From Phallusia mammillata (lineage: Eukaryota), in assembly GCA_965637545.1 (NCBI GenBank), contig OZ281500.1, forward strand, positions 6,758,001 to 6,822,000: a stretch of 64,000 nt of DNA, written 5' to 3'. Positions 29,612-44,500 of the stretch are shown piece after piece (positions within the stretch are counted from its first letter, which is position 1; the number at the start of each line of letters is the position of its first letter). The notes beneath the pieces are model-generated. The model made no database searches, had not been told where the DNA came from, and was given only the letters and a program-made list of their open reading frames with translations. The position numbers and the translations under genes are program-made.

Positions 29612-29630
29612 CCAATCAGAGAAAGCCACA
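29612..29630 (+). promoter_or_regulatory. ER-stress response element (ERSE) upstream of PDIA6
   Basis: CCAAT-CAGAGAAAG-CCACA fits CCAAT-N9-CCAC(G/A) with exact spacing, ~290 nt before the PDIA6 ATG. Confidence 0.65.
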
Positions 29631-29901
29631 CATGGTTTACGCGAAATACGAGCACGGTTTGTTATCGTTGCTTGCTCGTTAACATATCACGTCAGTGTGG
29701 TATACTCGTACCTGAAGTCAGCTAGAGAGAGCTATGTTAGGTATCGAGTGCCGTTGCGATTTGCAGACAAACAAAATTGACAGTATTTTTAGGGGTTTAA
29801 AATTTATGGCATCTTTACACTTGTCAAATGAAAACCTTGTTTTGCAGATCACAATTTTTGTAAAATTAGAATAGTTTCACCACCCTCTTCGACTTAACTG
29901 A

Positions 29902-32506
29902 ATGAAAATGTTGTTAAAGTTAACAGGTTTGTAGACTTTTACTGTTTCTTTGGTTTATTTATAATTTTCTTATTTCTACCAAATATCTTAACAGTTGTTT
30001 ATTGTTACAGGTGTTTTACTTCTACATGTGACACTGTCATATGGGTTTTACGGTCCCAATGATGATGTTGTTGAACTCACCCCCAGCAACTTCCAATCAA
30101 AAGTTGTTGATTCCGATGAACTTTGGATAATTGAATTTTATGCACCATGGTGTGGACATTGTCAGAGACTAACAGAAACATGGAAAGCTGTTGCTTCAAA
30201 CTTGAAGGTAAAAATTGCTCTGACAAACTTTGTTTAACTCCTGTTGTGTTACTTTTGTGAAATCATTGTAAATCAGTACGCCAGGCATTTCCACATAGGC
30301 TAGAAAAATCTTCCCTTCGGTGGGATTTAAAGTTTAACAGTAGCTTTTTTAGGGAGCCTGTAATGTTGGTGCTGTTAATGCTGATGAGCATAAATCCCTT
30401 GGTGGCAGGTATGGTGTTCAAGGTTTTCCAACAATCAAAATCTTTGGGTATGATAAAGAGTCTCCCAAGGATTACCAAGGTAAACGCACTGTCTTATCTA
30501 TTTGTAAGTTTTTGTAAGATATTTGCAATCCTGTATGAAAAAGTATAAAATATGTATATACCGCAGACAGTTTATACAGTTATAATCAACTTTAGGTGCA
30601 CGCTCAGAAGATGCCATTGTAGACAATGCCATGAATGAAATCCGTCAAATGATGAAAGATAGAAAAGCGGTAAATATATTTTTTGTTCTCATTTACAAAG
30701 TAAAAATGAATTTGTTTTATTATGCATTTGTTTTCTGATGCAACAGCTTTAAAGTAATGACAATTTGCTTTAATAGGGAAAGAAATCTGGTGGAGGAAGC
30801 AGATCTGGTGGTGGCGGCGGCGGTGGCAGTGGCAGCAATGACGTTGTAACCTTGACTGATGCCAACTTCAAAGAGTTAGTTTTGGACAGCAAGGAAACCT
30901 GGTTAGTTGAATTCTTTGCTCCATGGTGTGGCCACTGCAAAAATTTGGAGCCAGTTTGGAGATCAGCTGCTACTGACATTAAAGAAAAGACAGATGGTGG
31001 AGTAAAACTTGGTGCCCTCGATGCAACTGTCCACCAAGCAATGGCTTCCAAATATGGGGTAAGTTTAAAATCATATATATTGAAGTACATTGTGTATAAA
31101 ATAAACACTTTTTCATGCTTGATTTTCAGTAACACTCTGTAGTCATTAGATATTATAGTGTATGTTTGCACTGTTATGTTTTCATACAGATTCGTGGCTT
31201 TCCAACCATCAAAGTCTTCAGACAAGGTTTCAAAGATGATGCACCTATTGACTATGAAGGTGGAAGAGATGCTTCTTCAATCGTAAACAAGGCTATGGAA
31301 TATTTTGATGAAAACCTTGAGCCCCCATCAGTATGTTCTCTTTGTGCTGGTTTTTGAGTCTTATTTGACTTATTTTTTTACATTGAATTTATTAATTTGT
31401 TAGGTAGATGAGCTGATTAATCAGGAAGTCTGGGAAGAAAAATGTGCCAAACAACTCTGCATTATTTCAGTTCTTCCTGACCTAATGGACAGTGGTGAGT
31501 GTGTCAATATGTAGTTCCAGGACCGGTGACATCTTGTCCATTGTGTTTAAAACATACACAGTAATTTTTTACCATATTATTACTGTTTATGGGTTGCAGG
31601 CAAAGATGGAAGAAATGAGTACATTGACCTTCTAAAATCTTTGGGAGAGAAGTACAAAAAACAAAAGTGGGGCTGGGCATGGATTCCAGCGCTTGCCTTG
31701 CCTGAACTTGAAAAAATTGTTGGTGTCGGTGGTGCAGGATACCCAGTAAGCAACATATTTTTTTAGAAAATATTTATAATGTTAAGTTTAAAATTCTGTT
31801 CCTGTGTAAGTTGATAGTTCGACATAATAAAGTAACATTACATGACGATTGGTTGCAATGAAAACAAATATTAAATTCTAAACTTATGTGCTGTAGCACG
31901 ATAGTAAGTCTCAATGGAGCTACATAAGATGGTCAAACACATACATTTTCTTTCAATATTCAGTAGCTGCAATTTCTCTAATATTAAACTTGCTTTGCAG
32001 GCAATTGTTGCTATCAATGTCAGAAAAGAGGTATATGCTTCACACGCTGGTGCCTTCAGTGAGGAAGGATTAAAACCGTTCCTTGGGGTTCTCACCTACG
32101 GAAGGGGACGAATGAACACATACCCATTACCAGCTGATAAAGTTCCTGAAATCAAGACCAGAGACCCATGGGATGGAGAAGAAGCCCCACCAGTATGTGT
32201 AGTTTACATTTTTCACATGTGATATGTTTAAATTAGGCAAACCACACGTCCTTTGTTGGAGGACATGTCCTCCTTTTTAACAAAAAACAAGTTGTCCTCA
32301 AGAGGACAAGAAAAAGTGCCCCAATTTCCTCCTTTTGAAAGAATTTCTGATTTACTAAATACATATGTGACAATTATGCCTTTGAAAACAGCCAAATTTT
32401 TTGGGGATTGAAATATGGCAGGCCTAATTTAAATGCAATATTTTTTTTGCAGATTGAAGAGGAGGACGTTGACCTCAGTGATTTTAAATGGGATGATGAA
32501 TTATGA
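29902..32506 (+). CDS. PDIA6: Protein disulfide isomerase A6 (P5)
   Basis: Signal peptide [20 protein letters not shown], two APWCGHC thioredoxin domains separated by a Gly-rich linker, a C-terminal b domain, and an acidic tail ending DDEL*. Confidence 0.96.
32234..32426. mobile_element. Short hAT-like MITE in the last PDIA6 intron
   Basis: TIR TAGGCAAACCA / TGGCAGGCCTA, 7/8 TSD (GTTTAAAT / ATTTAAAT), and internal GTCCT/AGGAC repeats. Confidence 0.65.
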
Positions 32507-33276
32507 TGTCACCAACTGAACAAACTAGACAATCTGAAGCATCGCTTGATTTTCCGTTTGCAGTAGTTATTGCTGATCGCAACCGACCACTGTTGGTTGT
32601 TGTTTTAGCAGTGATATTGTGGTCATCCTATTTCAGCCATACTTTGGCTTAACCATCAGAGAAATTATCATTTTTCTGTCCAAAAGACAGAAGTGAATAA
32701 ATAATCGTAAGCATTACCATGCAGCCCTACATTTGTATTTGTTGAAAATATTTATGTCACTTTCTGCTGTTCTTGTGTGCAGGAATAAACGAATGGTGAC
32801 ACAGTTTGTAAAGGGCAATTGTTCAGAGTGATTACATATGTCAGGAAAGGTTATTAGCAGCTTCAGGTTTTTTTGAGTAAATAGTCTTGTCTAAATGCAT
32901 TAATATTGCTGACATTTGCGGCACAAACTTCTAGCAGAGATACATTTAATGTATTCACGAAGAAATTGAAAAATTTTTAAAAACACATTCTGTTATGCAT
33001 CTTTGAGAAAATGTAACATGTTTTTGTTCAGTAGCTGGAGGTTGATCACGGCTGTTGTAATTACACAAGGCATTTTTAGGCAATGTTTGTGTGAAAGAGG
33101 ACAAACTATAGCCAGTACCCATTTCTACCTTTCTAAACATTATTGGTGAATTACCCTAAAACTTAGATGTGTTTTGGCATGTGAATCTGGAACAGGTTAT
33201 TTTCACAACAAACTATCATGATTCTCAAGAAAAACACAGACAACACATAATATTGTTTTTCTCATTTATTTCCACT

Positions 33277-36074
<2,798 letters not shown>

Positions 36075-38501
36075 TTTGAAAACGTTGTGGATTGCGAAAC
36101 TGCGCTGAGGAAAATAAAATTGTAATCAAAAATAGAGATTTAAAAACATTTTTCAATGACCTAGGGCCCTAAAAATCACATTTTTTGTTATAAATATGAG
36201 TGAAGTTACTTACCTCCGTTTACCACGATGGCTCCACGCAAAAGGAGTTCAAAGGTGAGCGAACGATTTCTATCTTGGCGAAAACTGATTTCTATGTATA
36301 ATTGGTCAAAGATACAAGCAGTACTTTACGCAGTTTTGTCCCCTAAAAGAGTTCTAACTTATCCCCAACACACTATTTTTTCTTTTTATTTACACTTGTT
36401 TTAGCAAACAACTGCTAAATTGTCCTTGTGAACATTCTCGTTCAAGAACGTCTCTGGAATAAAACATGACGCAAGACTTCTGAAAGATAACGTTTGTTCT
36501 TTTTGTTGCGGCTACAAGCCGTGCCGTTAGTAGTCTTTTTTAATAAAACCTAAGAAGACGATTTTGTAATGGACACACATTTAGAATTAAATTTGTCGTT
36601 GTTTAAAAATGCATGTGTGAGCCTTTTCGAATATGAATGACCGTTTTCGTTTGACAATCTTCTATTTTGAAAAAAGTTCATTCCTAACAAACAAATTTGT
36701 GCTTTAATAAAAGGATTTTAATGTAATTATAAGACAAGCATTCACTACCGTAATCTCATAACTTAATGTAGCCTATGCAATAAAGGATAATAATTCACGA
36801 AGTGTCAGACGGTGTTAAGATGCTAAATTATACATCATCCGACTACGGGTTAACGAAACAACGGAATGAACTCCAGTTCAAGTGGGTTTAATCGAATTTA
36901 CCTGATGGATGTTTCTCTGGGAATCCCAACCGCGTACCGAAGGATCGTATCTAAAACATCAAAAGCGACACAAAAAACTCGTTTTGGACAAGCCTAATGG
37001 CAGCAAACTGGAATTTTGCACATGGCCGAAACTATTATACAAACGAATTACACTTTTTTTCCCCAAAATCCTATATTCAGTTGACAGCAGTATCTCTTAA
37101 AAGTAAAAAAATCTACATCAGTGCGTTTTTTGAATTGCGACTTCTGGTTCGAACAGGCTTTAACTGGAACAAAACTAGATTTCCTTACTTGGTACAAACA
37201 ACAATGCGCGTCATCGCAAAAGAAAACGCTTCGAATCCGCTTGACGATTTTTTTGTCGAAATCCAACGACGTTTATTGTTGTCAACAGCCAACGATGCTT
37301 CACGCTTAAGTTTAAATGACACGCTTTTTTCGTTAGCCGTGTAGGAGGTACATTTGTTTTTATGTAGTGTTTTCATTATGCTGATCTATATTCAAATCTG
37401 CCGTACATAGCCTCAAAAATGGAAGGCTGATAGGGCAGCTACGCCTTTAATGTATCCCGATACGGTTGACCGTGTGGTTACTGGGTGATGAAGCGTAGAC
37501 GAGCTGTTGTGCTAAATCAAAGGCTTAAAACGAAATTGTTGTGAGGGAAGTGAGGTGTTAAAAAAGTACAGATAGATAGTCTTTTAGGTTGAGCAGACGA
37601 TTGACTTTCTGACCACCGCGCGTTGTGCCAACCTAAACAGGAAACAGCACATCGCCCTTAGTGGGCCTGCGGTTGCTACGGCGACACACAATACAGAAGA
37701 GCTGTGTGTGTTATTGTAAAAGTGCTGAACCAGCTTCAATTAGAGGCAGGAGCCGCCCGTATGTCGCAACACAACGGTCACGTGTTTCCTGCTCGGTCTA
37801 TTCAAAATGTGATGCAACTTTCATTGTTTCTAACGCTGGTTCAGGTGTATGTTAAAAAATGAATTGCAGCCAGAATAGTGATGATTGGCTGTATGTTTGT
37901 GACTGGCATAAAGTGGTATGATTATGTTTGCATTTTGTGGTCTACCCGGTTTGTATCCAATAAGAGCACTTGGTTCTATCAGTCGTAGTTGATATCAGCT
38001 TTAGGAGAAAGGGAACCTTCAGCTCCGGCTGCCGCTGCTCTTGTTACGAGCGGTGAGAAAAACACAATAGTGAGACTGATGCAATCGACCTGTTGGAAAC
38101 CTGGATTTCAGTTACCATGGTCGTAGTCTGCAACAGGTACATTCGGTTGTTGTTGGAATTATGTAACCTACCAATGGATTAGTTTTTAAAGGTAAGCGCA
38201 GGAAGAACAAAATCAAAACAGAAGAGAGTATGCCGTAGCGGAAGGTGTCAATAATTGATGAGTCAGAAATAGAATCAGTAGCAGAGAGAGATAGGTGTAC
38301 AATGAAGGGTTGGTAACCTCGTAGTGACCCGAGTAAGCTGCGTTTAGGAGAATAACTACATACGGTTACATAAGATGTTGTTGAAACTAGTAATTAGGAT
38401 GATATTGGTTTGTTTAACTACAGATAGTGTATGTTTTGATTACAGCTTCGTGTGTAGGGTTTAAGAGTAGTTGGCGAGTGAAGGGCGCTCAGGGTGGGAC
38501 A

Positions 38502-41500
38502 ATGACGGTGACGTACACCCACAAAGTGGCCAATGCGAGATTGGGAGGATTTTCGAGTCTGTTAGTACGATGGAGGGGAAGCGTGTACAAACTATTTTAC
38601 AAGTAAGTTCCAAAACCTTTATCACTAAACAACTTTAGGTACAAGTATATTGACAAAATGGGTAGATCAAAACTCTATAAATGGGGATGTTTTGTTTTCA
38701 GGGAGTTTCTTATCTACATTACGCTCTACTGTTTGTTGTCCTTGGTCTACCGTTTTGCACTTTTTGGGGACCAAAAGAAATACTTTGAGAAACTGTGCCT
38801 TCAGTTCCAGAATTACACAGACCTTGTGCCAATTAGCTTTGTATTGGGTAAGTGTCAACTTTTACTTCATGCATCAAATACCCTCGGGTCGTTACATGCC
38901 GTGCAGACAAGGCTAATATTGGCTTTGGCGTAGGCACGAAAACAGGTGCAAACACGTGTATTGTTGTCTTATACGTATATTTGCAGTAGTCCCTTAATGG
39001 TAGGTGCAAGTTTTTACACCATCCTGTTTGGAATTAATGATTAACGGACAACATTTCCTTTTAATTCCGTCCTGACAAACGGCACAAAGCTCATTTTCTA
39101 TAAACGGGTTTGATTGACAAAATGTACATGGAGCTTGACCATCTGTGTCTTCTCCTTGTGCTGTCATCAAATCTAATTCTTCATTCGTGGTCGCATGGGT
39201 CGATATCAAGACAAGCTTTGTTGAGGCTGCTAAATCGATTGACTGAAGCCGCCACCCTTCAAGTGACGTCGCCATTGCCTGTTTGTGACCGGAATGAACC
39301 GGTTTCGAGGTGGTTGCGAAAATGCGCGAGCCGTCTGGCAATGGGTGATTCCCGACAAACGCATGGTTGAACTGTGAATCACCTGGGAAAAGTGTGTTGC
39401 GAAATTTTTAACATAATCTCATGATTCTGGTAATTTGCTGCTATTTCAATATGTTTCGTAACTTGACATATACAATGACAGAAGTTGTTTGTTCCTTGCT
39501 CTTTTACCAACAATACATTCGCAGTGTTTTTGTTGGTTAATTTTAATGTCCATTTTCTAGTCGATTTTTTAGCCTTCCTTTTTATTGTTTTGTTTTTCAA
39601 ACCAATGTATTGGCTACCTCGAGGTAGCCATTTGATCAATGGCACAATTACATGGATTTCATCGCATTGCCTATTCCATCTCAGTAAGTTGGGATAATCA
39701 ATCAAATCAATAAGTCGCAATCGAAATTTTCCAAACGCAATTAGTGTTTTCCACAATCGCATTAATTTGGACATTAAAAAAAAACTAAAAACGGTTGTAT
39801 TAAAGCCAATGCGCAATCTGAAACATGAATCAGGGGCATATAGATTGCACAAGAGAGAATTGTTTTCCTGCTTTGACGGAACTTTAAAACCATAAAGATC
39901 ATGTGACTGTGGTAAACTGTCCTCCCGTATTCTAGTTCAACAACATGCAAATTAGCTAAACTGGTTAGTTGTGAACTTTTAACAACATCACTATACAAAC
40001 AACATGAGTATTTACATATGGCGCAATCGCTGGGGTCGTTTGGTGGTTAAAAGTTGACAGCTGTAAATGTCTATACCAGTGCTCTTCAGCCTTTTTAGTG
40101 ACGCGGAACCCTTAAGGTATTTTGTCAAACTTTGCGGAACCCCCATAAAATAATTTTAATGAATGTAATACAAGTAGGCTACATCAAAGAAAAAAGATGC
40201 ATACACATCCAAAGCACATCACAATGGTTGACTTGAATTAAACGGTTAACTGAAACGCATTGTCGTGTTATTTGGATCGGTCGTTTCTACAGTAATCTCG
40301 CAACTTATAGCTAGAGTGTAACAAGGTTGTATTTATTACGTCACAATTGATCAATGGTGTGACAAAGGTTAACAATATTGCACAGGCGAGCATTGCTGTT
40401 CGAAACAATGATACTATGAATCATTCGTGTTCGAATTGCTAGCCCCCGTGCAACCCTTTAAGTTCACTGAACCCCTGAAAGGGTTGTACGGAACCCTAGG
40501 GTTCCGTGGAACCCCGGTTGAAGAGCTCTAGTATATACTATCCCCCAAGGCTGTAGTAGCAACGCTTCACTGGATCGTAACAAAAGTACCCCATTAAACA
40601 ACAAGCTTGGCATGAAACTTGAGGCTTTCGTAACGTAGATAGATTGTTGCGAAATTAAAAAGAATATTTAATGCACAAAAACAAACATATGTACGAATTC
40701 TTCCATTCAAGCGCAATAATACCGATATATTTAATGGCAATGACAGTACAATCAGAGAATTACACGCCTTAATCCTATACTTATATCAGACAAAGCGACT
40801 TATCTACGTAATTCTTTCATGGGTTTTATGTTTTGTACACACCGTTTTAATTATATTTCATAACTTGATTTTAATTAGGTTATTATTTAAACGGCAAACC
40901 ATATTATGATCATGGAAATGATCAGTTCGAATACAAACAAGTGACGATATTGGATTATACCTTATAGTTGCGTGTAGGCTACTTTCTTCGTTTACTGCGG
41001 ATTTCGGTTATAAAGGTTAAGTGCTTAAACTGTTTGTACAGAGCCCCGCAATCATCCAACGATCCGCGTAAAATGAGCCAAATTTTAGTACCCATTTAGT
41101 ACGAACTGTAGAAACTGTATCACTAATGACTTGTGTTTTGTATGAATAGGGACATTTACCAATTGGATTTCTGCCTGTTAAAGCATTCAAGCCATAAAAA
41201 CCTTGCTAAACTCTCCACCACCAAAAAACTAAATACGTCACAATGCAGGTTTTTACGTCACGATTGTTGTGGGTCGGTGGTGGTCTCAACTGGAGAATTT
41301 GCCTTTTCCTGATCGTTTGATGATGATCATCGGTTCCAATGTGCATGGTACGGACGACAGAGGTCGACTTCTACGCAGAACACTGCTTCGCTATCTCAAC
41401 TTGTCGCAGGTAACGCTATAGGAACCACAGTTACTGCGGATATGCTTTTACAAATTTCAAGCACATTTTGACCTAGATGTGCAATCTTACCCAATGAGGC

Positions 41501-44500
41501 ACTGTTTCGATTTAACAACGTCTTGTAACTCGCGATTTATTAATAGTTTATCTGTTAAAAAGACTTGTGTGCCACATTTAAAACTTTGAGCCAAATAGGA
41601 AGAGTTTTCGGATAGACAAAAATCATAGTTTATCTTGTTATACATCCACCAACGAAATGAGTTATGAGCTGCCAAAAGACGTAATGTCGATGCCTCTGTT
41701 GCATTTTGGGTTTGACATTAAATTTTTGCTTTTCTTCAGGTGCTCACTTACAGACTGGTCTCCACTGCCGTCTACAAGCGTTTTCCATCTATCGAGCATG
41801 TCGTCAAGGCTGGTACGTCATCGCCATCTGAATTATTCATATGATTGGCTGAAACTGCAGTTTCACTGTAGGGGTGAAACAAACTGTAGGGTTCACTGTG
41901 ACTGTAGACTTCACTGTAGGGCAGTGGTTCCCAAACTTTTTCATATTTTTTGCAAAACGGTCCCTTCGCCATTATTTCGAGGGCTCGCGGTCCTTAAGCC
42001 TAAATGTGTATTTCACACAACGAATGTTAATTGCAGGATTTTGGCTACTTATGCAAAATTGCGCATAACAATCATCCAAAGACAGCATGTGACATCACGA
42101 ACAGGACAAAAACATTACGATTGTGCGCGAACAATTGCATTTTTTGATAGTTGCATTCAATAAAGGCAATTGTTTAGCAATGGAGACAGTCGATTCTCAA
42201 TTCTACTTTGATTTAAACTGATTTAGTGGCACAAATTGGCGCCAAATAAGATTATAGAATAACTTCAACCGCTTCGCGGTCCCCCCAAAATTGCCTCACG
42301 AACCCCTAAAGGACCGCGGACCCCAGTTTGGGAACCGCTGCTGTAGGGGATCAAAATGCATACAAACACTTTTACAGTTTATAGGATAAGTAATATACTT
42401 ATACTTATTTACTTTACAAAGGTTTAATGACGGAAAACGAATATCAGCAGTATGAAAGTGTCAAATCTGTGAACCTGAAATATTGGGTTCCGCTGATGTG
42501 GTTTAGCAACCTTGTCTCCAAAATACGTCAAGAAGGAAGAATATACGACGACATGATAGCTAAACATTTAATGGAGGTAGATTATATAATCAACATGCAA
42601 AATATTCGCTCCGAAACCAATTGCAAATGGAAACGTCTTTTTATTGTAGGAGCTCAACGTATTCCGTGGTTTTTGCGGATGGCTGATTAACTACGACTGG
42701 ATCAGTGTACCTTTGGTTTATACACAGGTATTGTATGTAAAACAGTGACCAAATTCTAAAAGTTAATCAATATGTGATTTGTGATCTAGCTCGAGAGCCT
42801 GATATGGTTTTGTATGACTAACTCGAAATACGACACATTTCAGGTGGTTACGGTTGCTGTCTACATGTTTTTTATGTCAACGCTTCTAAGTCGGCAGTAC
42901 CTGGACATCAGCGAGGGATACAAGGGCCACGAAGTTGACTTGTTTGTTCCAATCTTTACAATCGGGCAGTTTTTCTTTTACATGGGATGGCTAAAGGTCA
43001 GTTACATTGTATTGAAGTAACATTCATTAAAACCGCCCAGGATACGTTTCATTTTATCAAGCTTTATGAATAGACTGTCTTACAAATTGCTGCCAAAGAT
43101 AATTGCAACCTAATCAATGTACAATGCGTTGAATCCTCGCATTTTCAACAGATAAAACCGTTGTCTGTCTTCAGGTTGCTGAGCAATTGATTAATCCGTT
43201 CGGGGAAGACGACGACGATTTTGAAGTGAACTGGTGCATTGATCGAAACCACGAAGTAACGATGATTGTTGCCGATCAGATGTACGCAAAACATCCCAAG
43301 CTGGAGAAGGATAAGTTTTGGAATGTTGCCAACCCCGATATTCCATACACGGAGGCTTCTGCTAACCACAAGGTGGAACCATACATGGGTTCGACATTTG
43401 ATATGCGGTAAGAAACAGTTTGATATGCGGTAAGAAACAGTTAAAGGCAGGAACTTGGCCGAATGGCCTGGCGCGCCTGACCCATATACAGACATAAAAA
43501 ACCTGATCGGGATTCGTCCCCGGGAGGTTCCTGGGTTCGAACCCCGTGAAGAAAAAAAAAAAGAAACAGTTAAAAGTATTTGTGTTTCAGAGAATATAAT
43601 TTTCTTGTTTGTTTGACAATATGAACAGTTGACAACCCAAATCAAGAATTAGGCTACCTTATTATTTGTGCAGGGTAAATAAAATAAAAAATAACAGATT
43701 TTTTTCATTTTTACAGGGTAGATAAGGATGACATGCAAATAGTGCACAGCTACAACAGCAATACCAGAATGGCTCCTCTGAATGAGATTTCCACTGATGT
43801 AACGGTAAGCGTTCAAACCATATAACAAATGACACAAATAACTGAAAATTGTAAACTCCTCTTCATTTATGCAGAATAAACCACCAAACTTTCATGACAA
43901 AGTAAACGAAGCCGGATCTTTCATGGCATCTAGTGGCTTTCTTGCTCCGTTTCGCCATAATACAAGGAAACACTTCAAATCGGATAAGATTGGGTTACTT
44001 AGCAACAACAATGATGAAGAAGATTCAGATGACTCGAATGATGAATCAAGTCCATCTTCGGTAGGTCTTGCCCCAACCCCAAGTAGACGAATGTTTAGAA
44101 AAACGTTATTAGGTGTCGGTTTCTATGAACAGCTGCGTGACCCTCACGATTCCAATCCGGACGACCCCAACGATGACATTATAACTTCTGACGAAAGTGG
44201 TGACGACACAAATGATGATGCTGACGTAGAAGCGGACGACGGCGATAGTGACGTAACCGAAACAGAAGGCGGAACAAATAAAACATTAACATCGGCGAAA
44301 GATGAAAAAGCAAAAAGCAAACTTAAGAAATCAAACGAAAACATTTTAGAAGAGCGCAACGCACTTCAACGGACCAGAAAGTCTCCGAAAAAGAGGTCGA
44401 ACGAGTCTGTTCCCAAGCTTGTTATTGACAGAGTGGAAAGTAAAAATATGTATCCTGGGATAACGCCTCAAATTGACAGTGATGACGAAGAGCGTCGAAA

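Noticed and set aside
36909-37376. Cluster of 60-115 aa ORFs between RPL30 and bestrophin
   Set aside because: Overlapping ORFs on both strands, no recognisable motif, and no consistent splice chain.
39570-39682. Possible alternative bestrophin exon ending at a GTAAGT donor, in phase with exon 3
   Set aside because: No convincing acceptor or homology to bestrophin exons 1-2; one strong donor in a 2.4-kb intron is expected by chance.
43446-43560. Functional tRNA gene
   Set aside because: It has A and B boxes but no closed acceptor stem, and it has an A-tail and TSD, so it is a retroposed SINE-like copy.
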